From Haliotis rubra (lineage: Eukaryota), in assembly GCF_003918875.1 (NCBI RefSeq), contig NW_025766370.1, positions 1,116,001 to 1,180,000 on the forward strand: a stretch of 64,000 bases of DNA, read 5' to 3'. The notes under the pieces are model-generated. The model did not search any database. It saw only the letters and a list, made by a program, of their open reading frames with translations, and was not told where the DNA came from. Within the stretch, counting starts at the first letter, position 1, and each line of letters begins with the position of its first letter. The translations under genes were made by a program, and so were the position numbers. Below, one piece after another: positions 14,989-27,140 of this stretch.

Positions 14989-17900
14989 GGAGTTCCAACA
15001 TGATTCTATAAATTATTTGTGAAGAATATTCCGTGCTGTCTCAAAGAGTTATTTTGTTTTTCGAGGGTACATGCATTGTGCTCCTTACAAACTACGATAC
15101 ACTTTCGACTGGCTTTGATTGGAGTGCTTCCAACCTCGAGGTCACTTACACAAGGACTCATACTGAATTATTCAATCCCCATTAAAGGATTTATTTCTGC
15201 CCCTTCAACAGAGTTTGTGCAAGTAGATTTAGAGACAAATGACACACCACTTCCTGGTTTGTAGTCATTAAAAGCCTGTAGCCAATTGCTAAGATGTGCT
15301 CACCCTGCGATGTGAAGAACAAACTTCTTTCCGTTCATTTTCTTTTTGCAACGGATAATAATGTTCCCGACATGCTTCAAAGTGCCTCAGAGAAAAATCC
15401 GTATCGCCATTACTTGTATGAACAATAAAAAAGGAGAAAAAGGCTAAACATAAAGGTTAAACCTGTAACAAAAAGTATTGGTTAAGACATTGATCTATTG
15501 TCCAACCTTTGAAACCCTCTAAGGCGTCCGTTGGTCTGGAAATATAGTGTGCAGGTGCTCCATATATCTTAGAGTTAATTCATTTTCTTATGTTATCTAA
15601 TGCACACTATTCAAAACCTGTAATTACACTACTTGACATTGACCCTGGATCCCCGAAGGTTTGGCATTTTGTTCAGGCTACTAAGGACAGGTTTGCCTAT
15701 GCCATACTCCGTTTCGTGTGAAGTAACAAACTAATTTGTACAGTAGAACGTTATACATTTTGATAAAGATTGTTTTTGCGTGTGCGTTTGCGTATGTGTA
15801 TATGTGCTCTTTGATGACGGCCTGTAAATAATCGAGCCTGAACCAGTAATATCTTAAGTATCCAGTGATCGATATTGAGACTTCCCGTCCACTGAACGTA
15901 ATCAATCATTTACCTGAGCCTGAACATCCATTAAGTCTCCTCTGGCGACCATCATCGGTTGCTGGGTACCAACTGTAATGATCTCAAGGTATGAAAGAAT
16001 GCTCCTTGATATGATGTCCCCGTTTCCAACATGGCCATGTAATGATTATGGTTGCGTGAAAACCACGCTTGAAGGGCTATTTGCATGTTCTTAAGCATTA
16101 CATCAAGAATATTATAACGTTATTGACATAAGGGATACTGGGAGAGCATGCGATGTTTTATTTAGATGATTTAACGTTTATCGTAACCCAATATAGTCGC
16201 TCTGGACGGGTACCAGGAATCTCACTCCTCGGAAGACCGTCCACAAGTCGACACCGAATGGCATAGCATTGATAAGTTAAGAAAACCTTCTATCAACTTT
16301 AAATTGGGCCGCACAGCAGGCGATAGCTCTTATACAAATGTATACCATATTCGGTTATAGTTTCGCATGTGAATATGGGTACGTAGCATCCTCAGTGAAT
16401 ATGAATGGCGTACGTCTTTCGCACTAACGTTTCTTTGGGAGTTAACAACTTGCTGCCGTTTTAATGTTTGTTATTTTATTTCTCAAACTGACTTCATGCA
16501 GTCATCTAATCATTGCTATTCCAAATCGATGAGATGTAAACACTATGTTTAGTGTCTCGCAATCGCAGTCTCCGCACAATCTCCCTGCCATTGTCCACTC
16601 GTTTAGATGAAATGATATTTGGGATTCTGGTTCTGGAACTCTTATCACCCCTGATCTTTGACCAGTCTGTGACCAGAACTGTCAGAATTTAATTACGCGA
16701 GTACAACACAGCCTTACGACCTGCAGTGCGTCTGATAGTATTTTTTTAAGTCATCGTGATGCTCGGCTGATGGTGTATTGTCAATATCAGAGTTTGGTGC
16801 TACGATTTCTTAAAACAAACTGCAGTTCAAAATACAACCGGAGACGACTCAAAATTATGTATTTGATTTCTCACTCAAACCCAGTTCGAAACCACCAATA
16901 ACGTGCAGGTTTACTTAAATGGAGAATACAAATAGCCAAATCAGCACCATCCGCTAGAACAACAAGAACATCTAATACAAAACCGACAACATCACACACC
17001 ACCTACCACAACAACATCCACGACAAGACCCACAACACAAGCCACACCATAACCTGCAAAACATCTCATTCCGGCCAACGTCTCACAAACAGTTAATCCC
17101 TAAATGATAGTACAATTAAAGTGCAGAGAGTTTGGTACAATAAATGTAGTTGTCTAAACTAAAGGTTGTTCAAGTTCAAATTGTTGCTTGTCATTGCGGT
17201 ATGTACTGAACAGCATGGTGAGCAATCATACCAAAGGACACATCCTTATATTCGAAGTTTTCTGAGTGGTTTATCTGTTTGATTTTGCGAGAAAAGGGTT
17301 CCACGTTGTATCAAAGGTACCTGGTTCTAGTCCCATAACCTGTAAATTGCATGGCCTCTACACATACACTTTAAAACCCCTTAGTTTCGCAAGTAAAGAC
17401 GAAGGAGCTTAACCTAGTCTAATGAATAGAAACAAGTTACACACATGCACAGAAACTCGATGCACTGAACACCTGGTGTTACTAAATCTGGAATACTGAT
17501 CATTCAGTGTCACATCTGTATATTCTACACTCAATGGCATTTATTTCGGCTGATAATCGAGACTGACCGATTTTTCCGAATTACGTCAATTTGCTTTCCA
17601 ACACATAAAATTAAACGATCTTACAAGATGTCTGCATTTGTTCACCCCATCCCCTGTTAATCCTTAACAACCGCAGGAGTCAGGACACTCTCCCACCTGG
17701 CACCCGTGACAATTAGATGAAAGAATAATGTCAGTCACGACACACTAGTTTCCAAACATTCCAATGTGTCTGCTCCACAATGATGAATAATTCACACAAC
17801 TAGACAGATAAATGACCTTTCTCGTGGATTGATGAAAGCTAACTATTGTTAGGAATCGCTAAGTCGTGCGTAGGTAAACAACATACGAGAACTGACTTAC

Positions 17901-18177
17901 TTGCGGTATAAATATTTGGCGAAAACAAATCTTGTCTAATTAGTTTCTGTTATCAACCCGTGAAAATGAGGTAGATCCTTCGGGAGACGTTTCATTGTCG
18001 TTAACAAGTATGAGTGAGTGAGAGAGTTGGGTTTTGCTTTGAAAACAATTCCAGTTACATCAGACGTGCCAGATCCACGTCTCTGACATTTACGCTTTTG
18101 TTGAAACCCATGGTTCGACAAACCGAGACACTGAACTGACCACCTGATCCCGTTGAATGGAATCTTGTTCTCGTCGT

Positions 18178-18295
18178 CGTAGTAGTGGTAGTGGTAGTGG
18201 TAGTGGTAGTAGTAGTAGTAGTAGCAGCAGTAGCATGTGTAGTAAAAGTAGCAGTGGCAGGTGTAGTAACAGTAGTGGTAGTGGTAGTGGTATTG
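18178..18295. repeat. (GTA/GTG)n low-complexity tract
   Basis: gtagtagtggtagtggtag...; explains the poly-S, poly-Y and poly-L ORFs here. Confidence 0.9.
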
Positions 18296-20205
18296 GTAAG
18301 CTGGCAAATTGTGATTTGAGAGGCATCAAAGCAAACTCAACAATTAAACAAAGAGAAATTATTTGTCAAGAATTAATTAATAATCCCAACTGATTCGCGA
18401 TTCCTTTGGTTTTACGAACAATTGTATAATATAGGCAAAAAGCCCGTTCCATAATCATACGAAATCTCATCTGATTGCAGAATCCAGATTACTGCACCTA
18501 GGCACAGTCTCTTTTCTTGAACAAATTTGATCTAATTAAAGGCTTTAGAGGTTTAATGGTTAATTCAGATTATGTGCTATTTGGCCACTCTTCCACTGTG
18601 GGATATATCTCACAGATCCTACCCAGGTACATTTAGCAAGGAATATTTGATATTCTTAATATTGGCATCAAGCTTTTTCATAAATCACCCACTGTGTGTT
18701 AATCAGGTAAAGATATATTTTAAGAAACGGTAGTGGGTGTGTCATTAAAATACTCAGCCACATACAGGGTGTACTTGGTCAACAGAGACTTTTAATTTAA
18801 AAAATGCTCAAATTAACCAGACAACTGAAACTGATCCCCGGACATGCAATGATGTATAGCTTGTTGGCATTAGCTGGACATCGTGAAGACCTCCATCCTC
18901 CACCATGTAATGCCAGGAAGGTTGGCAGGAGGGGTTGGGGGAATATGCTTATTACTGACAAGATATAGTGTGTCAGTCACTGCTACAAAGCAAGCATATT
19001 GAGGGGTCACAGGAAGAAGCGAAAACTTTAATTGTTACCGTTTTATTTCAGGTGCACAATTGACTTGCCTTTGGAAGCGCAGACAGGGAGGTAGGATAGG
19101 TTCACCGTTCTTCACCTGGTACCGTCAACATTTGATAATGATTCCTAAACACATGCTTAGAATAAAATCGGAAATATACAATGGACTGAACATTTGGTAC
19201 AGATTTCTTTTGACTGTGAAAAGGATTATGAAAAGAATATTTATCAATTTTAATCCAAGACATTCAGCTAATCTAGCAAAAACAATGTCCTTTTTGATAA
19301 AAGCTGACAGACGTTTTGTCGAAAGGTTCATCTTGCTCTGCCAACCCTCTCCCCTTTCAAGAATTTCAAAAGGTCAGTTCCTCGCTTGTATTTAACTGAC
19401 ACTATAAAGGCTACTTAAACTCCAACAAATGCCATATTAAGACATAAATGTGTCCTTTGACATCGTCACATCTCACCACCGGTGACGCTATTTAATGTAA
19501 CAAAATACCCAGATTACGTTTTGTCAAGTTTTCAAACTCATTATGAGATATTATTTCCAGTTATTAACAAACCGTGTTTCAACAAGCTACAAATTGAATT
19601 CACTGGAAAGATGCTATGCCTAGCATTGGAAACTGTACATGAGATCCATCATGAGAATCCTATAGCTGAAGCGCTAACAACATCTTCACATTTCCCTGTG
19701 TGTTGACATTAAACCGAAATAGCTTTCCCATTTTGATATTGTATTGATTCGATTGCCAAGAATAAATATTTATAATTCACTTCAGAAAATGGTATAAGTA
19801 GACAAAGGCACATACAGCTGAGATCAAGCAATTAAATCACGTCATTTCGGTGTCAAACGAAATAACGTCAAACCTCAATCAGAGTGAAAGGTTGAGATCC
19901 TCTGTCGAGACCTTTCTAATAGAATTAAGACCTTCTTTACTGTGAGAGGATGTCAATGAATGGGGCTTTGGAAGGCTCCTCGGTGTACGGATTACTGCCT
20001 TTGGTTATGAGACATTGAGAAACCACCAAATCTGGATTCAGAGTTAGGCACTTACCCGACTGAACACAATTAATACAATTTGGAGAGCGATTTGAAATCT
20101 TGAGGACGTTTGAAGTTCTCCTGCCGCTTTATTCAGGGAGATATAACCTAAGGCTCAATGATCTGAAAGGTGGTTGCCCAGGAATGTTAGGACGTTTCTG
20201 TTTCA

Positions 20206-20968
20206 TGGTGGGCGAGCTGTCTAAGGCGCCAGGGTAGTGTTCCTCCAAGATTGAGGTGCCAGGATCGAGCCCACTTGGGACCGGGTGTAAAAACTCTGGA
20301 ATCAACTGTGTGCAGACTCTTTCAGTGTTCTCTTAGCCATGTACACTTAAAAGAACCCACGAAGCCGTTGGTAAATAACCAGATGCTGGCCACATGAATA
20401 CGTGCAAACACCTTGTCGCGGGTGCAACAACTCGCAGTGAACAGTTGTGGTGGGCGTGGTGGGCGTGGTGGGCGTGGTGGGCGTGGTGGGCGAGCTAGCT
20501 AGGGCGCCTGGCTAGTGATCCAGCGAGCATGAGGTACCGGGATCGAGCCTACCTGTGACCGGGTGTAAAAACCTAGCAGTCAACTTTGTGTGCAGATTAT
20601 CTCAGTGTTGTCACAACCCCTAGTGTACAATACACAAACCTGTGTACTTAAAAGAACCCACGAATCCGTTGGTATATGACCAGATAGTGGCCACATGAAT
20701 ACGTGCAAACACCTAGTTGCAGGTACAGCAACGTGCATTAAACTTGGACAAAGAACTGTGATATAAATATCAAATAATAATGAACTTGGACAAAGTACTG
20801 TGACTATGTGTCCCAGTCCACCCAGCTGTGAATGGGTACCTCGTCAGGATTGAAAAGCCACATTAACTCGGTGCGCTAAGTGGCTGCAAGAGTTGTATTT
20901 TCCCCAGGGAAAATCAAAGCGCCTTTGGCTAGCTCTGCTGAGCTGGATATTGTTGCTATACAAATGCA
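20206..20968 (+). mobile_element. Two head-to-tail SINE S1 copies (20206-20445 partial; 20447-20968)
   Basis: Both begin tggtgggcgagct and carry the S1 body; the second has a 9-mer-amplified head. Confidence 0.8.
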
Positions 20969-21413
20969 AATGTTACCTAGTTAGTAACTCATACATTGCA
21001 GAGCTGAAACAAAGAACTATTTCTTTAATTTATGTATCCCTAGATTACTTGGCTTGATATCAGTTTCTCACATTACAACAACTGTATGGTAATGGAAGAT
21101 AATATCTCCATGGCAACCGGAAAACCCTCAATGACCACACCTACCACTAACAACTGTGTATCATCCAAATCTCTTAACAGTGCATCGTGTATCGACATAA
21201 CATCCCAGCTGCTGTGATAAACGGCTTCAGCTGAGGCTGGGATGTTATATCGATATCATCTTCGCACGGTTGTACATGGCGAGCAAAGCGCTAACTCCCA
21301 TACCTCCCATACCTAACATAGACTTACTACAGGGGTTGTGCTGCACTCAGCATTAACCCAGATCCATGGCAAAGCTCTGTACATCGATTGAGACCACTCC
21401 TACCATTGTTATA

Positions 21414-21804
21414 TATTATTCACACTTTGCTAAGAATCACAATAATTCACAACTTTACTTAAACGTAGATTTATATTTTGAAATTGTATCCATTTAAAAC
21501 TGGATAAATAATGATATTGTTACACACTATAGAAACACAGGCGCTTTAAGCTAACCGGATGCACTTGATACATGAGAAACATAAAAATGGTTTTCATGGC
21601 ACCAATAAACCATTTTGCAAATCATGGCACGGGTCATTGACAAGTACACAACACCTGTCAATAGCAGGTATGGGGTCCACAAGATGCAGTGACATACTGA
21701 AACCTAGGATCCATTCTTACAATAACCTTAGATACTTAAACCAAATTTAAACCATAGTTTTCTGTTGAATCAATGATTTGATCCTTAGCAAATTGTGAAT
21801 AGTA
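21414..21804. mobile_element. ~390-bp MITE with TA TSD (Tc1/mariner-like)
   Basis: TIRs tattattcacactttgctaagaatca / tgatccttagcaaattgtgaatagta flanked by TA. Homologous to 51520-51914 and 62209-62601. Confidence 0.85.
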
Positions 21805-21854
21805 TATGTGCACTTTACATATTAACCATTTTCATTGGATATTATATTGATTTT

Positions 21855-22085
21855 TTTGTTTGGTGATTAACGCCGCACTTACTCCAGCTATGGAAGCAGT
21901 CTGTAAATAATGGAGTCTGGACCAGATCATCCAGTGATCAACATTATGAACATTGATCTGTGCAATTTGGGAAACGATGACATGTGTCAACCAAGTCAGC
22001 GAGCCTGACCACCCGAACCCGTTAGTTGCCTCTTACGACAAGCATGGGTTGCTGAGGACCAATCCTAACTCGGATCTTTACTGGT
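21855..22085 (-). mobile_element. SINE S2
   Basis: Contains gacatgtgtcaaccaagtcagcgagcctgaccacccg...gcctcttacgacaagcatggg. Confidence 0.85.
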
Positions 22086-25000
22086 ATATTTTTTATGAAA
22101 TGCTGCACTCAAGACTTAAGAAAGACAAATATGTTCCCCAAATACTACTTTTTGTCCAGTACAAGCCGCTTGGGTCCAACATTTTTATCAGACATCCCCG
22201 GTGTGGAATGTTGCCCGCGGGGATGTTTCTAGCCTTATCTGTGTGGTGCTTCTATTCACATGCATTTCTGACTGCCTTCTGCTGAGAATTACATTGTTCA
22301 TCGACCTGAATGCAGGTATCGCATGTCTTTAGCAGTGGGATGGACCAGTAGGTAACATGTAGGCTCATCTCGTCGAAAGCTCGAGCTTCATTTACAATAT
22401 TCGGTGAAGTCAATTCCTTGTGCCCCGTTGCCATATTGCTGCATTTGAACCGGTTTAAGCAGCGTACATTAGTAAGTTCGCTTAACCGCCCTGAACAATA
22501 TTTCGGCCATATTAAATCACACACAGACACATCCACCCACACAAACACGCTCACTCAGGCACACCCATGCAAACACCCCAACCCCACCCTCGACTCCTCA
22601 CACCTATAAACGCACGCACGCACGCACGCACAGACACGCACGCGCTATTATTACTCAAGCAAACACACGCACACAAACCTCTAGGATTCGAACCTAGATT
22701 CATTTCACGCAGGCTCAATGGACGGAACGAAATACCGCTACTCTTGCAACTCTCACTACTCACTCACTAACTCAACCTTCCTCGTTACCTATTTGACATT
22801 TTTGAGCAGAAACAAAGATTATATTTCAAATAAAATATAATAGAATAACTCCAGGATATGACGCTAGTTGCGTGTAAACGTCTGAGAGCCTATGGTAAGA
22901 CCTATCTAATATGTACAAAGATATCGTATTTCAGGTTCGGCCAGATTAAAGGATTTGATTTTATTAGATTCGTGTTCCGCTCTGGCATGACAAGCGATGA
23001 TTAGGTGGTTTTTGACATGCTGTCATTAAGCACATGTGCTACGTAGCGGTCATTGTAATATAGAGAAGGTCCACATTCTTGTGAAGGTTAATGAAATAGC
23101 ATGAGAGTGAATTGGCTTTGAATTCCATTTTTATCCGATCGTGTCAGCTTAGTGTCGGAAGAATCCCGGAAGTAAGACGGGTCTCAGACGTTTAACCACT
23201 TTGGTGAAACTCAAGAGCATGGGTTTATCGCTGATATACACTGGCGGACTGGGAGACGAGTCCACGATATTAGCTTTCTGGCGTCCTCAAGGGACGCAAA
23301 ACTGCACTTAACATTACGAAAAATGACATATTATGATAGTAAAATTCCCGTTCGAATCTTATGTTGTTGCAAGAGTCAGATAACCTCACACGAGTGATGA
23401 TATTGAAAGAATCTCGTTGACGTCAATCATGGCATTGTTATTAGCCCAGTGAGGTAAACAAGAAATAAATCTGATTATAATTCAGTCTTTGACATTCGGC
23501 GAAAAGGCTTGTAGTATTTCGTCGAAAAATATAAATATGGTGTATATGTCATGGGTAATTATAAAACATTAACGCCAGAAATAGTGTTTTGATCAATAAT
23601 CCAAAAGTAATCCCATAGCCCAACGTAATGTCAAAAGATAATCAAACAAGAATAACGAGATTGTCTGCAATAACATGTAAGAATGTCTGCATTTTGATTA
23701 GTCGCAATAGATAGGGACACTAAGTAAGACCAAGATCTCGCCCCAACGGAAATATTTATTCAGAAGCAGGTCTTGTGCAAACACGCATGTTTGTATATTT
23801 CAAATCTTACTTCTTCAACGTTGGTACATAAGGTGTTTTGATTTCTTTATTATTTACAGCGTGGTAATATATTTCTGGAGGAAAACGTGATGGACCTTTG
23901 GGTAGAATTACTTTCAGTTCACAGATTGAATTCTTACTTCTTCATCACGTACAATGACGCCACACACACACGTAAACACAATCAGACAAACACACACACA
24001 CACACACACACACACATAACATAAACACGAACACTTATACACATGCATAAATACAAGCTCGTGCACACACATAAACACAAACATACACACACAAAACAAC
24101 AAAAACAAACAAAACAAACTGATACACTATAAAAAACTGTCTTAAAAACAACATTATCAGTTACATTTGTGTCGCACAATGCCAACTCGGATGCACTTAA
24201 CACGGTGGTAATCAGACATACTTCAGGGTGTTTCCGATGGCAATGAGGTGCTTGTTGACTCACTTCCACAAGTAACTCATCACGATCATGGTGAACTACA
24301 TTACCGATCAGGTCTGTGGGCAGTCAACTACATGACGCACGAAAGAAAGTGCACATGTGTGCTATGGGATAATTTATAGGCACTATATCACACCACACTT
24401 CTCTAAAAATAAATAATGCATTTCTCTCAATAATACTAACTATCTGCCCTCAGGGAAGCAACCATATAATTTATTCCCAAAATAATTCAATAACGTATTT
24501 AGAATACAATATTAAATTAAAATGTTTGAATGAATTAATGCAAAGTTGCATTAAATCGATTCTCGCGTCCTCTATCCGCCGAACATTATTTCAAGGGCTG
24601 TGTATTGCACCAATGTCTGTATTGCGATATATTGCGATGCACTCTTCTGTATTGCGATACGTATTGCGATATATTGTGAAAGAACAGTTATTGAGATCTG
24701 TCCACTTAGTAATATTCTTTTACCTTCAAATTGAATCACAGTATATGTGAGTAACCATTGTACATTGTATAGCTTCTTTCAAAGCAAGAAAAAGGAAAAA
24801 CCAGAACATTCTTCTGTTATTATTTTTATTTTAAAACTAAATATTCTAACTAGTCCTCCGGGCTAGTGGATTCTTTATGTCATTAGTCCTTTCCAAATAT
24901 TACTAGCCCTACACTTTACTATACAAAAACAACTTTCAACAAGTCTTTCTTTTGATGGTAACTGCTGTCCAAGGGAAAGTTAACGCAGGTAAATGTATGA

Positions 25001-26518
25001 ATTCTCATTTCATATATATTACAAAATCAACTGAAACTAGCTTACACCATGTCCTCCATCAACCCACCCATACTATGTATATACTTTAACTTCTTTAAAC
25101 AGCAAAGGATGTTGCATTTCAAATAATTCAAAGAGTCTTAGCTACTGTGCACATCTGTATTATTCAAGAAAAAATTTAATTGAAGTCACAATCATGTGAC
25201 ATGATCTTGAAGTGACCATTCTAATCACAACAATGATTTATGCACCTATGTCTTTGAATATAAGTATTATTAACATTACCTAATTCATAAATGACGTTTC
25301 ATAAAGAAATGATTTAACAAAGCACTCAAGAGTCTCAGCTGCAAAAGTTTCTCCGTATTAGGTAAAGTAAACTTTCTTTAGAGTGAATAGAATAATGAAA
25401 AAAAAATAAACATGAATAACATAGCCGTATAATAAGACAGAAGCCCACGTTTGTCAAGAAAAATATCAGCTCGTGAAACATTATTGCTACTACAATAATT
25501 TAGGTCTAATCCAACTGTTGATAAATCCCAAAGGTATTTTTAACATATTATTCAAATAATACAACTTCAACTTAAAAAGTTTATTTCTAATAAAAATACA
25601 AGTTCACACACTTATAATGTCCAGATATACCACGAAGGAGACGAAATTAAAGGTCACATGCAACCAAAAAATCAAACATAATTAAAACACAATTATCACT
25701 TATTCATGACATATAATATACATTGCTGGTTATGAAAAAACATATAAACAAAATTATAAGCGTACAATCGCAAATCAAAAGTGCAATATTGTGTACTTGG
25801 GCTTACTTCCCAAGAAACGAAGCAGCCGGGATACCGAACCCAGTCAGAGCGGGTGGGTGTGCACTCAAGTGTAACGGCTGGTTCATTTGCAGATGCCTCA
25901 CGGCTCATTGTGTGTGTATATATAGAGATGTTGGGTTTTGTAAATACATGCTCCATCTCTATGGGAAATGTTAAACCTGGACTCATCTGTAAAAACAACA
26001 TTTCGCCACCAAAACAAGGGTCTGCGGACATGATTTCGGCACCACATTCGGCGAGCTTGTCGATGACGTTGTGTCAGGATAGGCCGTTAGGCGGGACGTC
26101 GTGGTCGGATCCCGTGATGAGGTAAACGTTGTCGAACTGTGTTGGGGTGGATACGGCGAAGTCCTGGGATGGTTCGGGCAGTCATCGCTGCAGGCTGAAA
26201 CCCGTGGCGAAGATGGGTCACCCTTATCCATCTGTCCTGTCTTGGCGTTGTTACACGTGGACGTCCTGGGTGCCGTTCCACTAACCGATCTTATCTAAGA
26301 TCAATCTTAGCACGTTACGCCAATTTTACAATCATCTTAGCTAAAAGTTACACCCGTTCCACTAACCGATCTTAGGCCGATCGTAGCCGGTCCCGATCTT
26401 ACGATCCGATCCAAGCTTAGATCGAGACTCTTTCGTGCGAGAGATAGAGGAATGCAAGGCACGAGTTATCTCCCTTTGCATAGTCTAGCAAATGATGGAA
26501 GTAGTTTACGAACCAACT

Positions 26519-26842
26519 GAGTGAGTGAGTGAGTTTAGATTTACGCCGCACTCAGCAACAGTCCAGCTATATGGCGGCGGTCTGTAAATAATCTAGCTAA
26601 GATGCATAGCGTTCACTAACATGAGCGTTCATGTTAGTGAACGCTATGTATCTTAGCTATAAATAATCGAGTCTGGACCAGACAATCCAGTGATCAACAG
26701 CATGCGCATCGATCTGCGCAGTTGGGAACCGATGACATGTGTCAACCAAGTCAGCGAGCCTGACCACCCGATCCCGTTAGTGGCCTCTTACGACAGGCAT
26801 GGGTTACTGAAGTTCAATATTCTAACCCGGGCCTTCATGGGT
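26519..26842 (-). mobile_element. SINE S2 inside the Harbinger-like element
   Basis: Full S2 body with (actc)n tail, interrupted at 26594-26659. Confidence 0.9.
26594..26659. mobile_element. 66-bp palindromic mini-element with 9-bp TSD
   Basis: tagctaagatgcatagcgttcactaacatga...tcatgttagtgaacgctatgtatcttagcta flanked by taaataatc (26585-26593 and 26660-26668). Confidence 0.85.
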
Positions 26843-26954
26843 ATTTTTCCAACCAAGTGTAAAAGTGGAGAAAAAAACTAGAGCAAAATATTAGGGTAGT
26901 GAGCACCTGGTTTCAGGTGCAAGTGCGTGTGAACGCTGGGTATCAAGCATAATA

Positions 26955-27140
26955 TAATAATAATACATGCATATTTATAGTGCGCCTATTCCACATCCTT
27001 GGGCATGCTCAAAGCGCTGTGTACAAATAATTTACACGAGAATATTTACAGCCGAGATTATAAGTAATATACTGAGAACAGGTTTTAAGTCTGGACTTTA
27101 GAAATGTCAATTGTGTCAGAGCTTTTAATATGTGCCTGAA
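26955..27140 (-). mobile_element. L2-like LINE 3' end fragment
   Basis: Reverse complement has the agcgctttgagcatg...ggaataggcgcactataaat tail, preceded by a degenerate RT C-terminus-like stretch. Confidence 0.45.

Larger units (their letters stand above)
8149..16134. repeat. Tandem segmental duplication unit, copy B
   Basis: Colinear and near-identical to copy A, with small indels; period ~8.0-8.1 kb. Confidence 0.95.

Noticed and set aside
17936-18393. Poly-Y/H, poly-L/P and poly-S/G ORFs
   Set aside because: Derived from the (GTA/GTG)n tract plus a degenerate SINE.
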